The position numbers were made by a program, and so were the translations under genes. A DNA stretch of 64,000 nucleotides from an uncultured Actinomycetota bacterium (GTDB taxonomy: Bacteria; Actinomycetota; Actinomycetes; Propionibacteriales; Propionibacteriaceae), in the NCBI GenBank assembly GCA_963799235.1, contig CAWCWL010000006.1, positions 374,020 through 438,019 on the forward strand, written 5' to 3'. The notes under the pieces are model-generated. The model was not told the DNA's origin. It ran no database searches and worked only from the letters and a program-made list of their open reading frames with translations. Positions 10,710-19,216 of the stretch are shown one piece after another; the first letter of the stretch is position 1; the number at the start of each line of letters is the position of its first letter.

Positions 10710-11951
10710 TCAGGCGCGGGTCTGGCCGTCGCCGTCGACGATGTACTTGGTGGACGTCATCTCGATCAGGCCCATCGGGCCGCGGGCGTGCAGCTTCTGG
10801 GTGGAGATGCCGATCTCGGCCCCGAACCCGAACTCACCACCGTCGACGAAGCGCGACGACGCGTTCACCAGCACCGCCGCCGCGTCCACCTCTGCTGTGA
10901 ACCGTTCGGCCGAGGCCCGGTCGGCGGTGATGATCGTCTCGGAGTGCCCCGTGGTGTGCACCCGGATGTGTGCGATCGCCTCCTCGAGCGACCCCACGAT
11001 GTCGCAGGCCAGATCGAGGGAGAGGTACTCGTCGTCGAACTCGTCCGGCCCGGCCGGCACGACGGCAGGCGAGTAGGACTGCACACCCGGCGTGCCGTGG
11101 ACGGTGACCCCGGCCTCGGCGAGCGCCGCCAGCGCCTTCGGCAGGAAGGCCGGGGCGGCATGCGCGTGCACCAGCAGGGTCTCCAGGGAGTTGCACACGC
11201 TGGGACGCTGCACCTTGGCGTTGAGCATGATCGCGATCGCCATGTCATGGTCGGCGCTGGCGTCGACGAACAGGTGGCAGTTGCCGGTACCGGTCTCGAT
11301 CACCGGCACCTTCGAACCGTCCACGACGGCGTTGATCAGCCCGGCCCCGCCGCGCGGGATCAGCACATCGACGAGGCCGCGGGCAGCCATCATCTCGCCG
11401 GTGACGCTGCGGTCCCCCTCCACCAGCTGCACGGCGTCGGCCGGCAACCCGGATGCTGCCAACCCCTCCCGGAGCGCTGTGACGACCGCCCGATTGGAGT
11501 TCAGCGCAGACGAGGAACCCCGCAGCAGCGCTGCGTTGCCGGACTTGAGGCTGATGCCGGCGGCGTCCGCCGTGACGTTGGGCCGCGCCTCGTAGATGAT
11601 GCCGACCACTCCGAGCGGCACCCGCACCTGCCGGACGCGGACGCCGTTGGCATTCGTCCAGCCGCGCACCACATCGCCCACCGGGTCGGGCAGGCCGGCC
11701 AGCGAACGCAGCCCGGCCACCATGGCGTCCACCCGGGACGCGGTGAGGCAGAGCCGATCGACGAGGGACTCGGTGGTGCCCGCCTGCCTGGCGGCGTCCA
11801 CATCCCTGGCGTTGGCGGCCAGCACGGCGTCGGACGCGGCCGCGAGGGCGTCGGCCATGGCGTGCAGGGCCGCGTCCTTCTGCGAACGGTTGAGCACGGC
11901 GAGCGCACGGCTCGCGATCCGTGCCCGTCCCGCCTGGTCAGCGAAAGTCAT
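10710..11951 (-). CDS. proA: glutamate-5-semialdehyde dehydrogenase
   Basis: 413-aa ORF with ProA-typical motifs along its whole length (...[13 protein letters not shown]...LIPRGGAGL...GNCHLFVD...[10 protein letters not shown]...HSETIIT...[23 protein letters not shown]). Confidence 0.95.
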   Translation of the reverse strand: MTFADQAGRARIASRALAVLNRSQKDAALHAMADALAAASDAVLAANARDVDAARQAGTTESLVDRLCLTASRVDAMVAGLRSLAGLPDPVGDVVRGWTNANGVRVRQVRVPLGVVGIIYEARPNVTADAAGISLKSGNAALLRGSSSALNSNRAVVTALREGLAASGLPADAVQLVEGDRSVTGEMMAARGLVDVLIPRGGAGLINAVVDGSKVPVIETGTGNCHLFVDASADHDMAIAIMLNAKVQRPSVCNSLETLLVHAHAAPAFLPKALAALAEAGVTVHGTPGVQSYSPAVVPAGPDEFDDEYLSLDLACDIVGSLEEAIAHIRVHTTGHSETIITADRASAERFTAEVDAAAVLVNASSRFVDGGEFGFGAEIGISTQKLHARGPMGLIEMTSTKYIVDGDGQTRA

Positions 11952-11969
11952 GGTGCCCAGATTACGTGG

Positions 11970-12629
11970 TCAGACCTTCGTGCGGTCCCGGGTCCGGGCG
12001 CGGACGAACGCCCGCATCTCCTGCCGGGTCGGCACGAGGAACGAGCGCAGGCCGGCCTGCCGCATGATCCACCACACCAGGTTGACGCTCGTGATGCCGA
12101 GCGTCGTCGTTGCGGTGATCATCGTGCCCGCGTCGGCGACCAGCGTGCCCCACCACAGCCACAGCGCCTGGTTCAGCACCCCGGCGATGAGGAAGAACGG
12201 GGACACCCCCACCACCCGTGGTGAGCGGACGAGCTCGAGGGTCTGGCCGATGTTGGCGAACAGCGCCGGCCACAGCGCCACCAGGCCGTACACGGCGGTG
12301 CCGAACAGGAGGTCGGTGGCGATCATCCCGATGCCCAACACGATGCCGGGCAGCATGACCTTCGTCAGCGGCCGCCCCAGCTCCCGCGACATCAGGAACA
12401 GGATGGGCAGGGTGGACGCGAGCCCGAGGATGTTCGGCAGGATCAGGTTGATTTGCCCGAGGATGACGCCGTGCGAGGTCCAGCCGATGTTGAGCCCGAG
12501 GATGATCTGCCACGCGGGCAGCGACAGGCCCTCGACGTTGCGGGTGCGGGCGAGCCGGATCATCTGGGGCAGGCCAAGGATCGTGCCGACAAGGGCAGCA
12601 GCCCAGCCGACCAGGATGACCAGGCTCAC
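11970..12629 (-). CDS. 7-TM membrane protein with two PQ-loop-like repeats (SWEET-like 3+1+3 topology)
   Basis: Repeat 1 reads GLPQMIRLARTRNVEGLSLPAW and repeat 2 reads NIGQTLELVRSPRVVGVSPFF. There are seven hydrophobic segments with an internal duplication around a central linker TM. Confidence 0.7.
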   Translation of the reverse strand: MSLVILVGWAAALVGTILGLPQMIRLARTRNVEGLSLPAWQIILGLNIGWTSHGVILGQINLILPNILGLASTLPILFLMSRELGRPLTKVMLPGIVLGIGMIATDLLFGTAVYGLVALWPALFANIGQTLELVRSPRVVGVSPFFLIAGVLNQALWLWWGTLVADAGTMITATTTLGITSVNLVWWIMRQAGLRSFLVPTRQEMRAFVRARTRDRTKV

Positions 12630-12639
12630 GCGGGGGTGC

Positions 12640-13795
12640 TCACGGCTTCTTCTTCCTCGGCCTGACGATCAGGTCATCTCGGTGCACGACCTCGCGGTCG
12701 AAAGGTGCGCCGAACTCGGCCACCAGGTCAGGGGTACTCCGCCCGATGATGCCGGTCAACTCGCTCGCGTCGTAGCCGACGAGGCCACGGGCGATCTCCT
12801 TGCCCTGCTCCGACACCAGGCGGACGGGGTCGCCGGCGACGAAGATGCCGCGGACGGCGGTGATTCCCGCGGCGAGCAGGGACGCCTTGCGCTCGGTGAG
12901 CGCCTTCACGGCGCCGGCGTCCAGTACCAGTTCGCCCTGGGCGATCGAAGCGTAGGCCAGCCACATCAGCTTGCGGGCACGCCGCTTGCCGGTGGCCCGG
13001 AACAGGGTGCCGACCGGTTCCCCGGCCAGTGCTGCGGCAACGCTGGTGGCTGCGGCGAGCACGACCGGGATCCCGGAGGCAGTCGCGATCAGCGCCGCCT
13101 GCAGCTTGGTCTCCATGCCGCCGGTGCCGATCGCTGCGCCGCGTCCGCTGGTGTCGACGTCGAGGTCCTCCATGTCGTCGACGACCGCGATCGGCTGGGC
13201 GTACGGGCTGGACGGGTGTGCGGTGTAGAGCGAGTCGACGTCGCTGAGCAGCACGAGCGCGTCCGCCCCCACCAGGTGCGCGACCAGCGCAGCAAGCCGG
13301 TCGTTGTCGCCGAACTTGATCTCGTGGGTGGCGACGGTGTCGTTCTCGTTCACGACCGGCACGACGCCGAGCTCGAGCAGCCTGGTGAAGGTGCGCAGCG
13401 CGTTGCGGTAGTGGTCCTGGCGGGCGACGTCCTCGACGGTGAGCAGCACCTGCCCGACGGTGATGTCGTGGCGGGCGAACAGCGAGCTGTACCGGCCGAC
13501 GAGCAGGCTCTGGCCCACAGAGGCCGCTGCCTGCTTGCTCGCGAGGTCACGCGGACGCTGCTTCATGCGCAGCGGTGCCCATGCCGGATGCCATGGCCCC
13601 GGAGGAGACCAGCACCACGTCCTGGCCGCGAAGGCGGGCGGCAGCGAGGGCGTCCACCAGCACTTCGAGGCGCATCATGTCGAGCGCGCCGGACGCGTCC
13701 GTCAGCGAGGAGGAACCGACCTTCACCACCAGCCTGCGGGCACCGGTGATCTCGGTCCGCGGGCCGACCATCGCGGACGTGGACTCCTCACTCAT
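12640..13795 (-). pseudogene. proB: glutamate 5-kinase interrupted by an apparent +1 base frameshift
   Basis: The N-terminal piece (ATG 13795; RRLVVKVGSSSLT...VVLVSSGAMASGMGTAA) runs into a TGA at 13547. The rest (KQRPRDLASKQAAASVGQ...NENDTVAT..FGDNDRLAA... plus a PUA-like C-terminus) lies in another frame, in ORF 12640..13566. Confidence 0.8.
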
Positions 13796-15305
13796 CTTCT
13801 TCGGATCCGAACCCTTCAGTTGCGAGTCGGGTGGCCTTGGCAGCCTCACGCTCTGCCTCGCGCTCGGCAGCCTTCGCTGCGTGGTACTCGGCGTCCTTCA
13901 CCCGGCGGCGCTGGGCGGCCGGACGGTCACTGACCATGCGGTTGTCCTCGCCACGACGGGAGAGGATCTCCGCACCGATCTCCACCTGCGGGGCGAAGTC
14001 GAAGACCACCGGGTTGTCCGCGCCGATCGCGACGGCGTCCCCGGCGAGGGCACCCAACGCCAGCAGCTCCTCCTCGATGCCCAGCCTGGCGAACCGGTCG
14101 GCGAGGTAGCCGACGGCCTCGGGGTTGCTGAAGTCGGTCTGGCGCACCCAGCGCTCGGGCTTGTCGCCGCGGACACGCCACACGAAGCCACCCTCGCCGT
14201 CGCCCTGGCGCGTGATGGTGAACTCGGGGCCGGACGCCACCGGTTCGGGGCGGATGACGATCTTCTTCGGGGCCACCTTGGGGGCTTCTGCCCGCCTGCG
14301 CGCGACCAGGTCGGCCATCGCGAACGTGAGGGCCTGCAGCCCTTCGCCGCTCTTGGTGGAGATTCCGAACACCTGCAGGCCTCGGGCCCGGATGTCCTCC
14401 GCGACGATCTCGGCGAGCTCGCCGCCGTCCGGCACGTCGATCTTGTTGAGGGCGACCATGCGCGGACGGTCCTCGAGGCCACCGTGGGCGGTCAGCTCGG
14501 CCTCGATGACGTCGAGGTCGGTGAGCGGGTCGCGTCCGGGCTCGTAGGTGGCGCAGTCGATGACGTGCACGATCGCCTGGCAGCGCTCGATGTGGCGCAG
14601 GAAGTCGTGGCCGAGGCCGCGTCCCTCGCTGGCGCCCTCGATCAGGCCGGGGACGTCGGCGACGGTGAAGGTGGTGTCGCCCGCGACGATGACGCCGAGG
14701 TTGGGGATCAGTGTCGTGAACGGGTAGTCGGCGATCTTCGGCCGGGCGCGCGAGATGGCGGCGATCAGGGACGACTTGCCGGCGCTGGGGAACCCGACGA
14801 GGCCGATGTCGGCGACGACCTTGAGCTCGAGGGTGATCTGGCGGGCGCCGCCCTCCTCACCGAGCAGCGCGAAGCCGGGGGCCTTGCGGGACTGTGACGC
14901 GAGCGCAGCGTTGCCGAGCCCGCCCCTGCCGCCGGCGGCGACGACGACCTCTGCCTCGGGGCCGACGAGGTCGGCGAGCACGACGCCCGTCTCCGCGTCC
15001 GAGATCACGGTGCCGTCGGGGACGGTGAGCACGATGTCCTCGCCGTTGGCGCCGTTGTTGAAGTCGCCGAGCCCGGGCTTGCCGTTGGCAGCCCTGCGGA
15101 TCGACTGCCGGTGGAACTCGACGAGCGTGGTCAGGTTCGGGTCGACCCTGATGATCACCGAGCCGCCATTGCCGCCGTTGCCGCCGTCCGGTCCGCCCAG
15201 GGGCTTGAACTTCTCCCGGTGGATGGACGCGCAGCCGTTGCCGCCGTTGCCGGCGGAAACGGTCAGCACCGCTTGGTCGATGAAGGAGGGGATCGCCACA
15301 GGCAC
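13788..15305 (-). CDS. obg: GTPase Obg/CgtA
   Basis: Contains an Obg fold ([38 protein letters not shown]) and a G domain ([10 protein letters not shown]...[10 protein letters not shown]...NKID). Its 3' end overlaps the proB ATG. Confidence 0.95.
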   Translation of the reverse strand: MPVAIPSFIDQAVLTVSAGNGGNGCASIHREKFKPLGGPDGGNGGNGGSVIIRVDPNLTTLVEFHRQSIRRAANGKPGLGDFNNGANGEDIVLTVPDGTVISDAETGVVLADLVGPEAEVVVAAGGRGGLGNAALASQSRKAPGFALLGEEGGARQITLELKVVADIGLVGFPSAGKSSLIAAISRARPKIADYPFTTLIPNLGVIVAGDTTFTVADVPGLIEGASEGRGLGHDFLRHIERCQAIVHVIDCATYEPGRDPLTDLDVIEAELTAHGGLEDRPRMVALNKIDVPDGGELAEIVAEDIRARGLQVFGISTKSGEGLQALTFAMADLVARRRAEAPKVAPKKIVIRPEPVASGPEFTITRQGDGEGGFVWRVRGDKPERWVRQTDFSNPEAVGYLADRFARLGIEEELLALGALAGDAVAIGADNPVVFDFAPQVEIGAEILSRRGEDNRMVSDRPAAQRRRVKDAEYHAAKAAEREAEREAAKATRLATEGFGSEEDE

Positions 15306-15344
15306 CCTTAGTCGGAGATCTGGCTGGTCGGCCCGGCGGGGCCG

Positions 15345-16211
15345 TCAGTGAGGCTTGAGTCTATCGGTCTCCCCGATTTTCGGCGGGGCCCAGATCTCGT
15401 GGTCGGCCGGGGCAGTGGCCTCAGGGGGCGGCGGGGGCTCGGCCGGTTGGCGTGGCGCCGCGATGACCGTGCCCGGTTCTGGCGGGGCGAACAGCGCCTC
15501 GTAGGCGGCGTCGCGGACAGGTTCCCGGGGGTCTGTGCTGTGGGTGGTTGTGGGGCTGGGGGTTGGCGCCGTCCCTGCTTCGGGAGCGGTCGCGTCGGTG
15601 GGGAGCTGTCCCGCGTCCACCTGCAGGGTGGACTGGAGGTGCCGGTGACGGCGCACGAGCAGCACAACCGCCACGGTGAGAACGACTCCCCCACCGAAGC
15701 CGGCTGCCAGCGCCAGCACCCACCACTCCGGACCCGGGTGGGAGCGGGCGATCACCCGTGTGCCGCGGGGGTTGGCGACCTGGACGAGTTCGTTCAGCTG
15801 GACGCTGGTGCCGGAGACCGCGGAGCCGCCGCCGTCCAGCACCGTCCCCGGGAAAGTGATGTCGATCTTCGTCGGCATGTACCCGTACTGCTGGGGCATC
15901 GCCAGGTCGAGCACGAGGTACTCGCCGGTCTGGCTGAGCTTGATGCCGAAGTCGTTCAACGCGTCGAGATCGATGGTGCCCTGGGCGCGGCAGGTCTGGT
16001 TGCCGTCGGCCGCGGGGCTGCCCTTGATCACCAGCCCGGCGTACTTGGTGAGCCCCAGGCAGTCGACCTCAGCGTCAGTGAAGATCAGATTGGCCTCGGC
16101 CTGGGTCCCCGACTTCACGTCGACGGTGCCGTGGACCTCGCACCCGCAGAGCAGCAGGGTGAGCAGGGCGGCGGCGGTGCAGGCGGCGAGCCGCTGCCAG
16201 GGGCGGGGCAT
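15345..16211 (-). CDS. lipoprotein with C-terminal TM anchor and Pro-rich tail, paralogue 2 (LppM/DUF3153-like architecture, unverified)
   Basis: Contains signal+lipobox ...LLTLLLCGC, an ectodomain with two conserved Cys, EYLVLDL, and DITFPGTVLD. A TM segment (WWVLALAAGFGGGVVLTVAVVLLV) is followed by RRHR and a Pro-rich tail. Confidence 0.7.
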   Translation of the reverse strand: MPRPWQRLAACTAAALLTLLLCGCEVHGTVDVKSGTQAEANLIFTDAEVDCLGLTKYAGLVIKGSPAADGNQTCRAQGTIDLDALNDFGIKLSQTGEYLVLDLAMPQQYGYMPTKIDITFPGTVLDGGGSAVSGTSVQLNELVQVANPRGTRVIARSHPGPEWWVLALAAGFGGGVVLTVAVVLLVRRHRHLQSTLQVDAGQLPTDATAPEAGTAPTPSPTTTHSTDPREPVRDAAYEALFAPPEPGTVIAAPRQPAEPPPPPEATAPADHEIWAPPKIGETDRLKPH

Positions 16212-16220
16212 GGGCCGATC

Positions 16221-17123
16221 CTAGCCAGCCCGCTGGTCGCCGGACGGTTCGGGAGGACGCGCCCACGCCGAGTGCAGCGGGTGAGCCGGACGGGCCCCGT
16301 TCGGCTCGTCAGGGTGCCTCCGCGGCCCGTGCACTGCCTTCCCGTTCGGCGCGTCGCCCGGCGCTGGGGGCCTCGCGAACCAGGACGTGTCCTCGGGTTG
16401 CGGTGGTCCCGTCGAGGCTGGAGGCACGGGCTCCACGGGCTTGACGGGAGCCACGACAGTGAGCGGCGCGCGGACGGGGCTGGCCGCCCTCGCGTCCGCT
16501 TCGGGGAAGGCGAGGTCGTCAAGGGGAGCGAGCGGGTCGCGTCGCGGTCGTCGCACGAGCACGACGACGAGACCGCCGATGAGCGTGAGCAGGATGCCGG
16601 CGCCGGCACCGGCCAGCCCTGCGATCATCCACTGCGGCGGCCCTGCGCTACGCAACGCCACTGCGCGCAGGCCGCTGCCCTGCGTGAGCGCCTCGAGGTC
16701 GGTGATCCGCACCACGTTGTCGGAGGCGACGCCGAGGGAGGCGTCCATCACCTTGCCGGGGAAGCGGACGTCGATGTCGGAGGCCGGCCAGCTGTCCCTG
16801 CCGCCGGCGAGGTTGGCCTGCAGCACGAGGTACTCGGCAGCGGGAGTGACGGTGATCCCGAACGGGCTGAAGTAGGTGGCCTGGGTCTCGCCGGTGACGT
16901 GGCAGACCTGGTCGCCGTACTCGTCGATGGTCGTGGTGACCGTCAGCTTCAGCGCGTCGGCGCCGTGCGGGCAGTTCACGTCCGCCCCGGTGATGGTCAG
17001 GTCGACGGAGATGCGTTCCTCGGACAGCACGTCGAACGTGCCCTGGGCATGGCACCCGGTCAGCAGCACCCCGGCGAGAGCCAGCCCGAGGCCGGCCACA
17101 GCTCTGTGCCACCCGGCGTTCAT
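16221..17123 (-). CDS. lipoprotein with C-terminal TM anchor and Pro-rich tail, paralogue 1
   Basis: Contains lipobox LLTGC and the same motif order as the neighbouring gene (GTFDV, two Cys, EYLVLQA, DVRFPGKVMD, TM, RRPRRD, Pro-rich tail). A 9-nt gap separates it from paralogue 2. Confidence 0.7.
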   Translation of the reverse strand: MNAGWHRAVAGLGLALAGVLLTGCHAQGTFDVLSEERISVDLTITGADVNCPHGADALKLTVTTTIDEYGDQVCHVTGETQATYFSPFGITVTPAAEYLVLQANLAGGRDSWPASDIDVRFPGKVMDASLGVASDNVVRITDLEALTQGSGLRAVALRSAGPPQWMIAGLAGAGAGILLTLIGGLVVVLVRRPRRDPLAPLDDLAFPEADARAASPVRAPLTVVAPVKPVEPVPPASTGPPQPEDTSWFARPPAPGDAPNGKAVHGPRRHPDEPNGARPAHPLHSAWARPPEPSGDQRAG

Positions 17124-17143
17124 GAAGAGATCCTAGGTGGGCC

Positions 17144-17178
17144 GGAAAAGCAGAAAGGCGGCCCGAGGGCCGCCTTCC
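17144..17178 (-). terminator. intrinsic terminator after rpmA
   Basis: The minus-sense sequence GAAGGCGGCCC-TC-GGGCCGCCTTTC is followed by TGCTTTTCC. This is an ~11-bp GC stem with a U-rich tail, 15 nt after the rpmA stop. Confidence 0.6.
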
Positions 17179-17192
17179 GTGAAATCTGGTGC

Positions 17193-17453
17193 CTACTCGG
17201 CAGCCTCGATCGCGATGTTGACCACGCGGCGACCGCGGCGGGTGCCGAATTCGACCTTGCCCGCGCGCAGCGCGAACAGGGTGTCGTCGCCACCACGGCC
17301 AACGCCCTCACCGGGGTGGAAGTGGGTGCCACGCTGGCGGACGAGGATCTCGCCGGCGTTGACCTGCTGGCCGCCGAACCGCTTCACGCCGAGGCGCTGG
17401 CTGTTCGAGTCGCGACCGTTACGGGAGGCTGATGCGCCCTTCTTATGTGCCAT
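17193..17453 (-). CDS. rpmA: 50S ribosomal protein L27
   Basis: [29 protein letters not shown]... Confidence 0.95.
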   Translation of the reverse strand: MAHKKGASASRNGRDSNSQRLGVKRFGGQQVNAGEILVRQRGTHFHPGEGVGRGGDDTLFALRAGKVEFGTRRGRRVVNIAIEAAE

Positions 17454-17462
17454 GTCAGATCC

Positions 17463-17771
17463 TCAGCTCTCGATCCCGGTGACCTTGACCTGGGTGTAGC
17501 GCTGGCGATGTCCCATGCGCTTCCGGTAGCCGGTCTTGTTCTTGTACTTCAGGATGTGGATCTTGGGACCCTTGGTCTCCTCAATCACCTCAGCGGTGAC
17601 GCTGACCTTACCGAGCCCCTTGGCGTCGGCGGTGATCTTCTCGCCGTCGACAAGAAGCAGCGGGGTGAGGGCGACGCTGTCGCCAGCCTTCACCTCTACC
17701 TTGTCGATCTCAAGGATGTCGCCAACAGCAACCTTGTGCTGGCGGCCACCACTGCGCACGATCGCGTACAC
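17463..17771 (-). CDS. rplU: 50S ribosomal protein L21
   Basis: [25 protein letters not shown]...; GTG start with AGGAAG upstream. Confidence 0.95.
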   Translation of the reverse strand: MYAIVRSGGRQHKVAVGDILEIDKVEVKAGDSVALTPLLLVDGEKITADAKGLGKVSVTAEVIEETKGPKIHILKYKNKTGYRKRMGHRQRYTQVKVTGIES

Positions 17772-17890
17772 GCCCGACCTACTTCCTAAGTTCTATCTCT
17801 ACAAGCGCAACCGGATCCAAGAGAGGATGGTTCGCGCCCTGGTAATGCTCCCAGACGGCACAGAGCCTGCCCGGTGGGCACCGAGGGTAA

Positions 17891-17920
17891 AGACTACGGG
17901 CCCGTGGTGAGGAGGGTCAA
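17891..17920 (-). promoter_or_regulatory. candidate rplU promoter
   Basis: The minus-sense sequence is TTGACC, an 18-nt spacer, then TAGTCT (TANNNT type), about 120 nt upstream of the rplU GTG. This is pattern match only. Confidence 0.3.
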
Positions 17921-18109
17921 ACCGGGAGGCGGTCCGAGCACGATCCGCCGCCATAGGCACCTTCTCAGGGGACATGGCACCCAGTCTCCATGGATTTGCG
18001 GCCAAAGGCACGGTCACCGGGCCGAAATCGGGCGCTCCAGACGCGTGGTTTTCGCCGCGGAACTCGTGAGTCGGCGTCTGCATTCGCGGCCTGTAACGGT
18101 GACTTTCGC

Positions 18110-19134
18110 CGCAGGATTCCCACGTTGGGAGCAGCTTCCGCTCGATCCTGGCCATCACCACGGACGGGGCAGGTGGATCTCCTTCCCGGAGCCACCTCAC
18201 GATTCGAAGCCAAGGTCGCGAAGCACCTGCTCGCGCTCCTTCTCGTGCATCACTGGCTCCGGAATCCACATACTTCCACCGACCGTCGGACTCGCCGATC
18301 AGGCGGCGCTCCTCCCAGTAGAAGTCGGGGAACAAGACGCCCTGCGGGGTCCGGACCTCGTGCTGGCAGGTCGGGCAACGGCAGCCCGGCAGCTCGACAT
18401 GTGCCCATAGCTGAGCGACTCGATCGGACTCTCCCGGATGGGGTCGGCCAGGCTGAGCGCCCGCTTCACCCGGCCCATCCCACGCAGGACATCCGCGGCC
18501 TCGAAGAACGGTTCGCGCGCTGTGGCGACGAGTCGAGGGTTGGCGAGTTCGCGGCGCCGCGCGCTGCACCACGAGCCTCGAGCACTGGATGCGCAGGCGC
18601 TGCATCGAGGACGACCAGTGCCTCCGGCAAGGGGAGGCTGCGGGTGACGTCCACCGCGGTCCTCGCGAGGGTCGTAACTCCGAACCCATCCTCAGAACTG
18701 GTGACGTGCTCGGTGGGCAACTCGGCAACGCACTGTTGCAGCTGCGCTCCTCGCTCGGATCGCCAGGAGCCTCCCCTGGGCAAGGTCAGCCACACGGGTT
18801 CATGTGCCCAGTCCTCATGCCGGAGCGGAAGGCGCCAGTACCGCGCCGCCGATCGGTGGGAAACAGCCGCGTCCGGTTTCACCAACTGCTCGGCCCAGGC
18901 GTGGAGCAGGTGTTGGTCTCCGGCGTCTTCTGGCCAGGCCCAGCACCGACGTACACGCCATGGCGGATCCGCAGCAACCGGCCGATCCCCTACTGCTCGT
19001 TGGACGCGCCTCTTGCTGATTCCGAGGCACCGACGATTGTCCGCAGCAGGGTCGGCCGGCTCGGAAGCTCCCACGGGGAAGGGATTCTCATGCCTCGACC
19101 TTCGGCACGGGAGGTCCGAACCCGTCACCGACAT
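18110..19134 (-). pseudogene. DUF559/AbiEi-like protein, decayed by at least 5 frameshifts
   Basis: Characteristic strings are scattered over all three frames. They include ISKRRVQRAV, IGRLLRIRHGVYVG, AVSHRSAARYWRLPL, GFGVTTLARTAVDVTRSL, and ESDRVAQLWAHVELPGCRCPTCQHEV..VLFPDFYWEERRLIGESDGRWKY. Further pieces are EKEREQVLRDLGF and RIVRWLREGD. Confidence 0.6.
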
Positions 19135-19216
19135 CTCGAGTTGTGTATGACCGGCGCGTTTTCCACAGCTCACCGTCGCGTCCGATTTCCGCTAGTCCAT
19201 CCCCCGTCGGGCTGTC

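Noticed and set aside
11596-13749. A 717-aa plus-strand ORF across proA, the PQ-loop gene and proB
   Set aside because: It is antisense to three recognisable genes, and its Ser/Arg/Ala/Pro-rich translation has no domain signatures. It is a GC shadow ORF.
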